From positions 4,928,001 through 4,992,000 of the forward strand of contig JASGJH010000001.1 in assembly GCA_047601445.1 (NCBI GenBank): DNA of 64,000 nt. The letters are read 5' to 3'. This document shows positions 1 through 9,800 of this stretch, piece by piece. Within the stretch, counting starts at the first letter, position 1; each line of letters starts with the position of its first letter. The stretch comes from Myxococcales bacterium. GTDB taxonomy: Bacteria; Myxococcota_A; Polyangia; Polyangiales; DASUME01. The position numbers and the translations under genes are program-made. The notes below the pieces were generated by a model. The model saw only the letters and a program-made list of their open reading frames with translations. It made no database searches and was not told where the DNA came from.

Positions 1-640
1 GCTCTACCCCATGGACGACACCTTCAAGGCCTGGCTCGACAAGCGCAGTGGTGGCGTAGTCGCCCTCGATTTCATGAAGCTCACGGCCGACGTGCTGAAG
101 CCGTTCGACGTGATCATCGTGCAGAGTCTGCACATGCACGCCTACACGGCCGATGAGATCAAGGTGGTGGAAGATTGGGTCAAGGCCGGTGGCGGCATCT
201 TCTCGCTCACGGCCTACACCGCGGACAGCAACGCCAACGTGAACGCCTTGCTCGCACCCTATGGCATCTCCTACGGCACCTCCCTCGTGCTGGTGAACGT
301 GTTCGCCGATCAGAGCTTGCCCGTGGACATCTGGCTCCCTCACCCTGTCACCAAGGGCATCTCCAAGGTGGGCGCCGTGAGCGCGTACGAGGTGCTCGGC
401 GGCGGAGACATCTTGGCCAAGGGCAAGGATCAACCCGTCCCCGTACTCCCGGCGAACGAAGTCGTGATGATGCGCGCCACCGAGCACGGCAAGGGCAAGG
501 TGATCGCCTGGGGCGACGAGTGGATTACCTACGACTCGGAGTGGGCGGGTCACAAGGACTATCAGGTCGAGCGCCTGTGGCAGAACGCGATGCAGTGGCT
601 CGGCCCGGAAAACGAGTGCAACGTCCTGGTGCTGCTCTGA
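1..640 (+). CDS. Hypothetical protein with a class I glutamine-amidotransferase-like/DUF4350-like domain, probably 5'-truncated
   Basis: The frame of ORF 11..640 is open back to the window edge. Motifs 'FDVIIV', 'WVKAGGGIFSL' and 'GKGKVIAWGDEW' resemble DUF4350/GATase-like folds. Confidence 0.5.
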   Translation, partial: LYPMDDTFKAWLDKRSGGVVALDFMKLTADVLKPFDVIIVQSLHMHAYTADEIKVVEDWVKAGGGIFSLTAYTADSNANVNALLAPYGISYGTSLVLVNVFADQSLPVDIWLPHPVTKGISKVGAVSAYEVLGGGDILAKGKDQPVPVLPANEVVMMRATEHGKGKVIAWGDEWITYDSEWAGHKDYQVERLWQNAMQWLGPENECNVLVLL

Positions 641-681
641 AGCACCGCGTCGGAAGGTGATGTCGTTGTCGAGGAGGCCCT

Positions 682-1665
682 ATGCATGTCACTCATTGCC
701 CAGCTCATCCAACAGCAACGCTCACTCCGCTGTTCACGGCGCGCGACCGCTTTTGGGGGTTCGACGGCAGCTTTTCCTATTGTCGCTGTGACACCTGCCG
801 CAGCTGGGTGCTCTCACCACGACCCGACCCGCAGGATCTCGGTCGCTACTACGCGGGTTACTACAACCCGGAGATGATCGAGGTCTACGAACGCACCTGG
901 CGCGAGCAGAAGCCCGAGCAGGCCGGGATGTTGGAGCGCGCACGCGCGAGCCAGTTCGTTGCCTGCATCCGCAAACTCGAGGTGCCTCTCACGCCCGAGA
1001 CACGTCTGCTCGACGCTGGCTGCGGACTCGGCAGCTTTGCACGCTTCGTCCGCGAGGACCTGGGCATTCAGGTGCGTGGAGTGGACTTCGACCCGGCGTG
1101 TCGCGCTTTCGCCGCGAGCACGCACGGTGTGGAGATCGACGCTGGCGAGCTGCATGCCCAGCGATACCCGAGCGCGAGCTTCGACCTGGTCACGAGCTGG
1201 CACTGCATGGAGCACGTGCTCGATCCGCGGGCCGAGCTCGCGGAGATGGCCCGCATCACCAAGCCGGGTGGCGTTCTGATGGTCGAGGTGCCCACCATCA
1301 CCCTGCTCGCGCGGATCTTCCGGGGACGTTGGCTCTTCTTGCAGGCGCCGACCCACCTCTATCACTTCAGGCCGCGCGCGCTGCGCGAGCTGGTGGAGGG
1401 AGCCGGTTTCGACACCGTCGAAGTCAGCCGTCCGTGGTTGCCCAGCGAGCTCGCGGGGAGCCTGGTCATGCTGCTCACGGGGGTGGTGGGGTTCGCGCCG
1501 CGCCTGCACAAGAAGATGGTGGGCGCCACCCTGGTGCGCACCCTGTTCATCCTGTTGTTGCTGCTCGACCTGCCGGTGACGCTCCTGCTCGCACTCATGG
1601 GCGACGCGGGCGTCGTGCGCATCGTCGCCCGGCGACGCAACGCTGAGGTCGCCGAGCCTAGCTGA
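682..1665 (+). CDS. Class I SAM-dependent methyltransferase
   Basis: SAM motif 'LLDAGCGLG', then 'FDLVTSWHCMEHV' and 'KPGGVL'. N-terminal Cys cluster CRCDTC. GAGGAGG RBS upstream. Confidence 0.85.
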   Translation: MHVTHCPAHPTATLTPLFTARDRFWGFDGSFSYCRCDTCRSWVLSPRPDPQDLGRYYAGYYNPEMIEVYERTWREQKPEQAGMLERARASQFVACIRKLEVPLTPETRLLDAGCGLGSFARFVREDLGIQVRGVDFDPACRAFAASTHGVEIDAGELHAQRYPSASFDLVTSWHCMEHVLDPRAELAEMARITKPGGVLMVEVPTITLLARIFRGRWLFLQAPTHLYHFRPRALRELVEGAGFDTVEVSRPWLPSELAGSLVMLLTGVVGFAPRLHKKMVGATLVRTLFILLLLLDLPVTLLLALMGDAGVVRIVARRRNAEVAEPS

Positions 1666-2212
1666 AGCGTGCAACCCACTTGTCGAAGGCAGTGACGAAG
1701 CCGCGCAAGAACTCGCGGCTGGGCTCGCTGGTGAGCTTGCCGTTCTCGTCGAAGAGCTTGGATGCGCCGCCCACGTAGGCCTCGGGTTGCTGCATCATCC
1801 ACACGTTCAAGAACACCATCGATTGGCGCAAGTGATGGTTGGCGCCGAAGGCCGCGAGGTTGCCGGGTGATACGCTGATGATCGCACCGGGTTTGTCGGC
1901 CCATACGCTCTTGCCATAGGGGCGTGAGCCCACGTCGATCGCGTTCTTGAGGCAACCGGGCACCGAGCGGTTGTACTCGGGCGTGAGGAACAGAAGGGCC
2001 TGGGCTTTTCTCACACGGTCACGGAAGGTGAGCCATGCTTGGGGTGGTGTCTCCTCCAGGTCCTGGTTGTACAGCGGGAGGTCGGCGATCTCGACGATCT
2101 CGAGCTTCAGACTGGCCGGGGCCAGCTCGGCCACCGCCTGGGCCGTCATGCGCGTGAACGAGCCCTTGCGCAGGCTCCCCACGATCACTGCGACATCACG
2201 CTGGATTGTCAT
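1658..2212 (-). CDS. NADPH-dependent FMN reductase (ChrR-like flavoprotein)
   Basis: 'VIVGSLRKGSF', 'TPEYNRSVPGCLKNAIDVGSRP', 'GANHHLRQ'. GAGGAGG precedes the ATG at 2212 (alternative 2215). Confidence 0.9.
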   Translation of the reverse strand: MTIQRDVAVIVGSLRKGSFTRMTAQAVAELAPASLKLEIVEIADLPLYNQDLEETPPQAWLTFRDRVRKAQALLFLTPEYNRSVPGCLKNAIDVGSRPYGKSVWADKPGAIISVSPGNLAAFGANHHLRQSMVFLNVWMMQQPEAYVGGASKLFDENGKLTSEPSREFLRGFVTAFDKWVARFS

Positions 2213-2358
2213 CATTCCCTCCTCGAATTGCATCGGTCCACGGCGCGAACTCTACCCCAAGTAGGCGCGGGCGCCGGCCGTGCCTGTGCCTCACGGGGCC
2301 TCAAAATGCCCCCGGGCGCAGACAAGCGCGCCGGCCAACTGCTAGTCTCGGCCCCACC

Positions 2359-3618
2359 ATGGGATTCTGTTTCGTCCATGCGGCAGACCTGCACCTGGAC
2401 AGCCCTCTCCGTGGGCTAGCCCGCTACGAGGGAGCACCGGTCGCCGAGGTGCGAGGCGCCACCCGGCGCGCGCTCGAGAACCTCGTGCAACTCTGCCTCG
2501 AGGAGAACGCGCGCTTCCTGTTGCTTGCGGGCGATCTGTACGACGGCGAATGGCGCGACTACTCCACCGGCCTGTTCTTCGGGCACCAGATGGCACGCCT
2601 GCGCGAGACCGGCACGCGGGTGATCTGGATCCGTGGCAACCACGATGCCCAGAGCAAGTTGACCCGACACCTCGCGCTGGGTGAGCACTGCATCGAGCTC
2701 GGCTCGCGGCGTCCCGAAACCCAGGTGCTTGAGGATGTACAGGTGGCGGTGCACGGGCAGGGCTTCGCCAGCGCGGCCGTCACCGAAGATCTGAGCGCGA
2801 ACTATCCCGAGCCATTGCGCGGCATGCTGAATATCGGGCTGCTCCACACCGCCTTGAGCGGTCGGCCCGGCCACGCTGCCTATGCCCCCACGGACGTGCG
2901 AGCCTTGGTGGCGCGCGGCTATGACTACTGGGCGCTCGGCCACGTGCACAAGCGCGAGGTGGTGCACCGCGAGCCCCACGTGGTGTTCCCGGGCAATTTG
3001 CAGGCCCGTCACGTGCGCGAGACGGGTCCCAAGGGCGCCACCCTGGTGCGCGTGGAGAACGGCAGCATCGCCAGCGTGGAGCATCGCAGCCTGGACCTGG
3101 TGCGCTTTGCGCTGCTCGAGCTGTCGGCTGTGGAGGCGCAGAGCGTCGGTGACCTGGCGGAGCTGGCCAAGCGGGCGTTCGCGGAGGCGCTGGTCGAGGC
3201 CGAAGGACGCTTGCTGGCGGCGCGCGTGAGTGTGGTCGGGCGCTCCCATGCGCACGCGGAGATGGCTGCGGACCTGGAGCGCGTGCGGGCGCAGATTCAA
3301 ACCGCCGCCAACGACTTGAGCGCGGGAGACGTGTGGGTCGAAGACGTGCGCCTGCACAGCCAACTTCCGCTCGACCTGGTCAGTCTGCGCAAGCGCGACG
3401 ACGCCATCGGCCACCTCGTCTCGGCGCTCGAGCGCAGCATGGACGACCCGGAGACCGCACTGCTGTTGTCCGATGACCTGGCCGAACTGAGCAAGGCCTT
3501 GCCGGCCGAGGTGCGCGCCGAGGCCCTGGACCTCGACCTGCGCGACGAGCAGCAGGCCCGCGAGTTGCTTCATTCGGTGGGTCAGCTGCTGTTGCCGCGT
3601 CTGGTGGGATCGGTATGA
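2359..3618 (+). CDS. SbcD/Mre11-family metallophosphoesterase DNA repair exonuclease (YhaO-like)
   Basis: Motifs DLHLD, AGDLYD, GNHD, GLLH, ALGHVH and PGNLQAR. Stop overlaps the start of the next gene (ATGA). Confidence 0.9.
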   Translation: MGFCFVHAADLHLDSPLRGLARYEGAPVAEVRGATRRALENLVQLCLEENARFLLLAGDLYDGEWRDYSTGLFFGHQMARLRETGTRVIWIRGNHDAQSKLTRHLALGEHCIELGSRRPETQVLEDVQVAVHGQGFASAAVTEDLSANYPEPLRGMLNIGLLHTALSGRPGHAAYAPTDVRALVARGYDYWALGHVHKREVVHREPHVVFPGNLQARHVRETGPKGATLVRVENGSIASVEHRSLDLVRFALLELSAVEAQSVGDLAELAKRAFAEALVEAEGRLLAARVSVVGRSHAHAEMAADLERVRAQIQTAANDLSAGDVWVEDVRLHSQLPLDLVSLRKRDDAIGHLVSALERSMDDPETALLLSDDLAELSKALPAEVRAEALDLDLRDEQQARELLHSVGQLLLPRLVGSV

Positions 3619-6600
3619 GGATCGCGCGTCTGGAACTGCACGCGTTCGGTCCCTTCACCAACGCACGCCTCGACTTCGCGCACAAGCCGCGGGCCCTCCA
3701 GCTGGTGTACGGGCCCAACGAGGCGGGGAAGAGCAGCACCCTGCGCGCCGTGATCGCATTGCTCTACGGGATCCCGGTGCGGACGGTCGACGCTCATGTC
3801 CACGAGATGAACAGGCTGCGCATCGGGGGAATCCTGCTCGACGAGCAGGGCAACCGTCACGAGGTGGTGCGGCGCAAGGGCATGAAGCACACGTTGCTCG
3901 GCGCCAAGGACAAGCCGCTACCAGACGACAGCTTGCACGGATTGCTTGGCGGACTCGACGAGAACCTGTTCCGTCAGATGTTCGGGCTCGACCACGAGCG
4001 GCTGCGACAGGGCGCCGAGGCGCTGCTCGAAGGCGGCGGTAACCTGGGCGAGGGCTTGTTCGACGCGGGCACCGGTGCGCGCACGATCCGAGCTGCCATG
4101 CTCGGTCTGGCGCAGGAGGCCGACGCGTTGTTTCGCGCGCGCGGCCGCACGCCGAAGCTCAATGCCGCCATCGACGCGCTACGCGAGCATCAGCGAGCGC
4201 AACGAGAGGCGGCCCTGTCGCCGCAGGCCTTCCTGGAGCAGCAGCGTGGCCTCACCGAGGCCCGCGAGGCGCGCGAGAGCCGGGCGGCCAGGCGGCGCGC
4301 GCTGTTCGAGGAGAAGGCGCGGCTGTCGCGAGCCATCAGCTTGATCCCGTTGCTCACGCGGCGAGCCTCGCTGGTAGCACCCCCAGACAGTCAGCTGGAG
4401 CCCGGCGATCCGCTCGAGGCATGGGATGCCGAGCACAAGCGGCTCACGGCGCGCTTTCAGGCCACCCGGCGCGTGGAAGCCGAGCTACCGGGCGATCGCG
4501 CCCGGGCTCAACGCCTGACCCAAGAGATCGCCGAGCTCAAGGGGCGTGTGTTGAGCGCGGGCGAGCTGCACGGCGCCCTCGATACCCCTACCCGGTCGCG
4601 CATCCGCAAGCTCGCGGAGAGCCACGAAGCGCTGCAGCGAGAGCTCCAACAGGCCGTGCGCGCGCAGGTAGAGCAAGCGGCTGCCCACGCGCTGGTGACG
4701 CAGCAACTCTCGAGCTGGGAGCGCCTCGAGCCCCCGCACGAGCTCGCGCGGCTGGTGGATCGGATCGAGCGCGACGGACTCGAGCGCGAGCTCCTGAACC
4801 TGGAGCTAGAGCTGTCGCAGGCTCAGCGCGCGCTGAACCAGCGCGCCAAGGCGCTCGGCGTGGGGGCCGACCTCACGCACCTGGCCAACCTTGCGGTGCC
4901 GGACGATGTGGCGCTGCTGAAGCTCGAAACCACCCGTAGCGAGCTCGACGAGGCCGACAAGCGGCTCCACGCCAGCGAGCGGGAACTCGCGCAGCGCGCC
5001 TCGACGCTGGGTCGTCAGCGCGACCTATTGTTGACCCGCGGTGAGCCGGCCTCGCCCTCTGCCCTGCGCGAGGCGCGCGAGCAACGGACGCGCGCCTACC
5101 ACGAGCTGCGCCGGGCCGTGTCGGCGGGCACGCACGACGAGCAAGACTTCCGCGCCCTCGAGGCCAGCGTCCAGCTGAGCGACGAGCTCGCCGACCGCAT
5201 GCAGCGCGAGGCCGAGCAGGTCTTCGAGCTCCTCCGCATCGAGGCCGAAGAACGCGCCCTCGAGCGCGAGCAGCAGGCGCTCGTGCAAGCCAAATCCGCG
5301 CAGCAGGTGGAGCGCGCGGCCCTGGTGGAGCGCCTGCGGGCGCTGAGCGAGAGCCTGGGCCTGAGCCACGTGCCGGGGGCGGAGCTGCGCGGGCAAGTGT
5401 TCAAGCTCGGGCAAGTGTCGGAGCAGGCGGGCCAGATCCTGGCGAGGCTGGGCTCGCTCGACATGTTGTCGGAGCGCGTCGCAGAGGCCGGGCAGCGCCT
5501 CGAGCGTGCCCTGGGACGCGAGCCGCAGAGTGCGCACGACGGCGCGGGGGGAGCGGGCGCCCGCCTCGCGCACGCGCTCGGGGCAGCCAAGGCCGAGGTC
5601 GAGGCCCGCCTCGCCGCGCAACGTGAGCTCGACAAGTCGCGTGCGCGTCGCGACGAGTTCGCGCTCACCCGAGAGGCGGTCGGCGCGCGCGCGGAGGCGC
5701 TCTCACGGGAGCTCGACGGCGCGCGCGAGTCGTTCCGCGCGGAGCTGCGCAAGCTCGGCTTGTCCGAGACGCTTGGGCCGGACGAAGCCCTCTCGAGCCT
5801 CGACGAGCTGGTGGAACTCGAACGCAAGGGCCGCGAGCTCACCGGCTTGCGGGCGCGCATCGAGGGCGCGGTGGCAGACCTCGCAGGCCTGGCGAGCGAC
5901 GTGCACAGTCTGGTTCGTCGCGTCGAGCCGGCGCTTGCCTCGGCCGAGGGCACCGAGACCGGCATCCTGCTGGAGGGCCTCGAACAAACCCTGCGCACGC
6001 GCAGGGAAGCGCGGCGCGATCAGGAAGAGCGCGCGCGGGAGCTGCAGAAGATCAACGAGCAGCTCGTGCACAGCGGCGATGGATCGTCGGTGGACGAGCT
6101 GAGGCAGCAGGTGCAGGGCCTCGAGCCCGACCGGTCCCGAGCACGCTTGCTGGAGCTGGAGGACGAGCTCGAGCAACTCGACCAGGAGATCGCCGAGCTC
6201 AACCAGGCCATCGGCAGCAAAGAAGCGGGCTTGAACCTGCTCGAGCAGCCTTCCGGGGCAGTCTCCCTCGCCGAGGAGGTGCAGAGCGATCTCTCTCACG
6301 TACGCCAGCTGGTCCGGCGCTACCTCGAGGTACGCCTCTCGCAGGCCCTGCTCAAGCGCGAGGTGGACCTGTATCGCACGCAGCATCAGGGGCCGGTGCT
6401 GGCGCGCGCCAACCAGCTGTTCCCGCGCCTCACGCTGCAGCGTTACCGCGGGCTCGATGTGGAGTTCGACGAGCGCGACGAGGCCGTGCTGTGCGCGGTG
6501 CGACAGGACGGGAAGACCGTGCGGGTGGCGGGGCTCAGCGATGGCACCCGTGACCAGCTCTATCTGGCCCTGCGCGTGGCGAGCATCGAGCGCTTTCTAC

Positions 6601-6854
6601 AGCACAACTCGCCCTTGCCGCTCATCCTCGACGACGCCTTCGTCCACTTCGACGACCAACGCGCCGAGGCAGCGCTGGTGGTCCTGGCCGAGCTCTGTGC
6701 ACGCACGCAGGTGCTGCTCTTCACCCATCACCACCGCATGGTGGAGCTCGCCAAGAACGCGCTCGGGCGCGACGGTATGATCCTGCACGAGCTCGACCCC
6801 GCCCGGGGCGTGATCAACCTGCGCGACGACGGACCGCTGTTCGCGCGCCTTTGA
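3615..6854 (+). CDS. YhaN-like SMC/Rad50-type ABC ATPase with long coiled coil (AAA_27)
   Basis: Walker A GPNEAGKSS, long coiled coil, signature LSDGT, Walker B LILDDAF, H-loop FTHH. Translationally coupled to the nuclease. Confidence 0.9.
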   Translation: MRIARLELHAFGPFTNARLDFAHKPRALQLVYGPNEAGKSSTLRAVIALLYGIPVRTVDAHVHEMNRLRIGGILLDEQGNRHEVVRRKGMKHTLLGAKDKPLPDDSLHGLLGGLDENLFRQMFGLDHERLRQGAEALLEGGGNLGEGLFDAGTGARTIRAAMLGLAQEADALFRARGRTPKLNAAIDALREHQRAQREAALSPQAFLEQQRGLTEAREARESRAARRRALFEEKARLSRAISLIPLLTRRASLVAPPDSQLEPGDPLEAWDAEHKRLTARFQATRRVEAELPGDRARAQRLTQEIAELKGRVLSAGELHGALDTPTRSRIRKLAESHEALQRELQQAVRAQVEQAAAHALVTQQLSSWERLEPPHELARLVDRIERDGLERELLNLELELSQAQRALNQRAKALGVGADLTHLANLAVPDDVALLKLETTRSELDEADKRLHASERELAQRASTLGRQRDLLLTRGEPASPSALREAREQRTRAYHELRRAVSAGTHDEQDFRALEASVQLSDELADRMQREAEQVFELLRIEAEERALEREQQALVQAKSAQQVERAALVERLRALSESLGLSHVPGAELRGQVFKLGQVSEQAGQILARLGSLDMLSERVAEAGQRLERALGREPQSAHDGAGGAGARLAHALGAAKAEVEARLAAQRELDKSRARRDEFALTREAVGARAEALSRELDGARESFRAELRKLGLSETLGPDEALSSLDELVELERKGRELTGLRARIEGAVADLAGLASDVHSLVRRVEPALASAEGTETGILLEGLEQTLRTRREARRDQEERARELQKINEQLVHSGDGSSVDELRQQVQGLEPDRSRARLLELEDELEQLDQEIAELNQAIGSKEAGLNLLEQPSGAVSLAEEVQSDLSHVRQLVRRYLEVRLSQALLKREVDLYRTQHQGPVLARANQLFPRLTLQRYRGLDVEFDERDEAVLCAVRQDGKTVRVAGLSDGTRDQLYLALRVASIERFLQHNSPLPLILDDAFVHFDDQRAEAALVVLAELCARTQVLLFTHHHRMVELAKNALGRDGMILHELDPARGVINLRDDGPLFARL

Positions 6855-6872
6855 GCCGACGCGTCTGGCTCC

Positions 6873-9800
6873 TCAACCGCGTGCGGAGTGGTGGGTCTCG
6901 AGCTCGCGCTGGGCGAGCAGCATGCCAATTTCCTCGAGCACGCTGTCGTAACCCCAGGGAGCCTCGGGGTGCGCGATGACGACCACCGCCACGCGGCTCC
7001 CCACCTGGACCGGCTTGAGCAAGAACCCGCGCGTTGCGAGGGTGCGCACCTCTTCACTTGTCTGCGAGTGAGCGCCCACGGGCACGATGCCGGAGCCGGG
7101 ACGTAGGCGCATCACCTTGTCGACCACGTCCAGGATCTGCGCGGGCAGCTCGCCACCCTTACCCGCCATCGCGGAAGGCATGCCGCTGTCGTCCTCGTAC
7201 ACGTGCGCGGCGTCGGCTTCCATCATCTTGCGCAGCTCGGAGAGCAAGCGCTGGACCGGCGAGCTCTGTCGGCGCGGACCATCCACGGTGGTCTCTTCCG
7301 TGCCCATCTCGTTCTGGGCGGTGTCGGGGTCCAGACGAAACGACTGTGAGCGCCCCTCGTATTGCTGGGTCACGTGCGCGGCGTGGGCGATCAACGAGGA
7401 GCACTCCGTCTGCTCCGCGCTCTCCGAGAGCGCCCGCAAGCTTAGCTTGAGCTCGTCCTGATCCTGCGCCAGCACGGCAGCGACCACACGCTTCTCGTGC
7501 AGCATCACCAGCGCCCCCAGCTCGTTCGTCTCCTCCAGCTTCTTCTTCCAGCGCGACTCGAGGTCGTACGCGGCTTCGATCTCGCCGAGCCCCACCATCG
7601 CCACCGACCGCTCCAGGTCCAGCGGGCCGTACATGATCATGTACTCTTGGTCCGCCTCGCTGAGCGCCGACAACCCGAGCTCGCAGATCTCTCTCGCACG
7701 CGCGTATTGCTGCAGGCCGTTGTAGGCCCCGGCCAAGTCCGCGTAGGCGTTGCCCCATCCGATCACGCTATGGGGCGGGTACTGAGCCAGAAAGCGTTCG
7801 CCCTGCTCGATCGCCGCTTGCAGCTCGCCGCGGCGCGCCAGATAGCCGATGCTCACCATGTCGCGCAAAGGTTCCAGCGACGGTAGCTCACTGGCCAGCT
7901 CGCGCAGCCGCGTGAGCGCGCGACGTGCGCCGACGAGATCGCCGTAACGGGTACTCGCCATGCCTTCGATGGGCACCGCGAACCACTCGACCTGCCAGGT
8001 AGTGCCTCCCTGGATGCCATGCAGCTCGATCTGCTTGCGATGATGCTCGGTGCGGTCGCGGTCGCCGCGCACGAGGTAATACGTCATGCGCAGGCGATGG
8101 GCGGAGGCCTGGGCCAGGCGGGTGCCGAGCTTCTCGAGCTCGTCTGCGCGCGCGAGGGCCTGCGAACCCATGCGGTAACACTCGTTGATGCCGCCAGCCA
8201 GGAGCAGCCCCACCTTGAGGTCCACCCGATCGACCTCGGACATGCCGATGCCCGGTCGCTCCAGCGCGGCCAAGGCGGTCTGCACGGCCGTGGCCAGCTC
8301 GGCCTCACGGCCCTGGGGCTGCAGTGCGAAGGCCTGACAGGCGAGGTTCACCGATTGCAACCCCGAGTAGCTGAGCATGCCGAATGGCTTCACGAGCTCC
8401 ACCAGGCGCTGCGCGCCGGCCCTATCGAGCGAGGTGGCGCGCACGCCCATCAGCCCCATCACGGAGCGACCGAACAGCACCAGCAGCGTGTAGATGTTGG
8501 GTGCGCTGCGCGTCAGCGCGCCGAAGGGTTGGCGCAGCACCGCGCACACGACGGCTAACCACAGGCCCAGCCGGTTTCCGAACAGGCGCACGAATCGCAA
8601 GAACAGGGGGAAACCCGCCAGGTCCGCGATCTGTCGCACGGTCTCTTCGCCATACTTGAGCCCGAGCCGATAGTCGAACAGGTAGCCGCACAACACGAGC
8701 TGCTGGCGCAGCGCCAGGCTCTTGCGCAAGGGCGCCCCACGCCGCTCGAACACCTCGAGCGCGGACTCCATCGCAGGGATGGCGGCGCCCCAGGCGCGTC
8801 CCTCTCGAATCAAACTGGCCGAAGCCTCGGCGATCAACTCGGCGCCCCTGAGCTCGTCGTCGCTCTGCACCAGATGGATGCCGGCTTCGAGTCTGCGCTC
8901 GAGGGTGGCGGGCAGGGACAGGAGGGCCTTGCCGAGCGCCTTGCGGATGCTGCGCGCGCGAGGCTCGTCGAGGTGTTGCAGCACGGCGTCGCGCAGGGCC
9001 TCCTGGGCGAACGCATAGCCCCCGCGCAGGCCCACGAAGATGCCCTCCGCCATCAGCTCGTTCAGGGTCGCCATGGTCTGCTGGTGGGAAGTGCGGGAGA
9101 CCAACAAGCACAGCTCGAGCGCCGCGTCGCGCCCCAACACCGCCACGATGTCCGCCAGCTCGCGAGCCGCGTCGCTCAAGGGCTCGAGCCGCGACGTCAG
9201 GGTATCGGCGAGATCGCGCGGAATGCGCTCGCGGATCTCCGCGTCGGGCAGCACCCAGGTACCGTCCACGTAGCGCACGAGCCCGCGGCGAACGAGCAGC
9301 TGGATCAGCTCGATGGTGAGTCCGGGGTTGCCGCGGGCACCACGCTCCAGCCAGTCGATCAAGCGCTCCAGGTTCGGCACGTCGCCGACCATGTTCGAGA
9401 CCAGCTCGCGCAGCGCCGTGGAATCGAGCGGCGCGATCTGCAGGGAGTCGGCGCGCGACTCGAAGGCGGTGAGCGCGGTGCGGGCCAGCGGCTCGCGGTC
9501 GGCTCCCACCGAGGCCACCACGAACAACGGCAGCTCGCGCGCCTGATACGCGAGGCCGGCGAGCAACGACGCCGAGAACTCGTCCGCGCGGTCGAGGTCG
9601 TCGACCACGATCAACAACGGCCGCTCGCGCGCCACCTGCACGAACAGCTCGTTGAGCCGCGCCTGCTCCTTGGCGCGCAGCTCGAAGCCCAGCAAGTTCG
9701 GGTTTTGGCCGCGGGCAGAAGGCAGCTTGAGCTCCGGCTGCGAGGCGAGCAGGTCGGCCTGTTCGGAGTCGCTCGGCAGCGCCCGCACGAGGGCCCGGCG

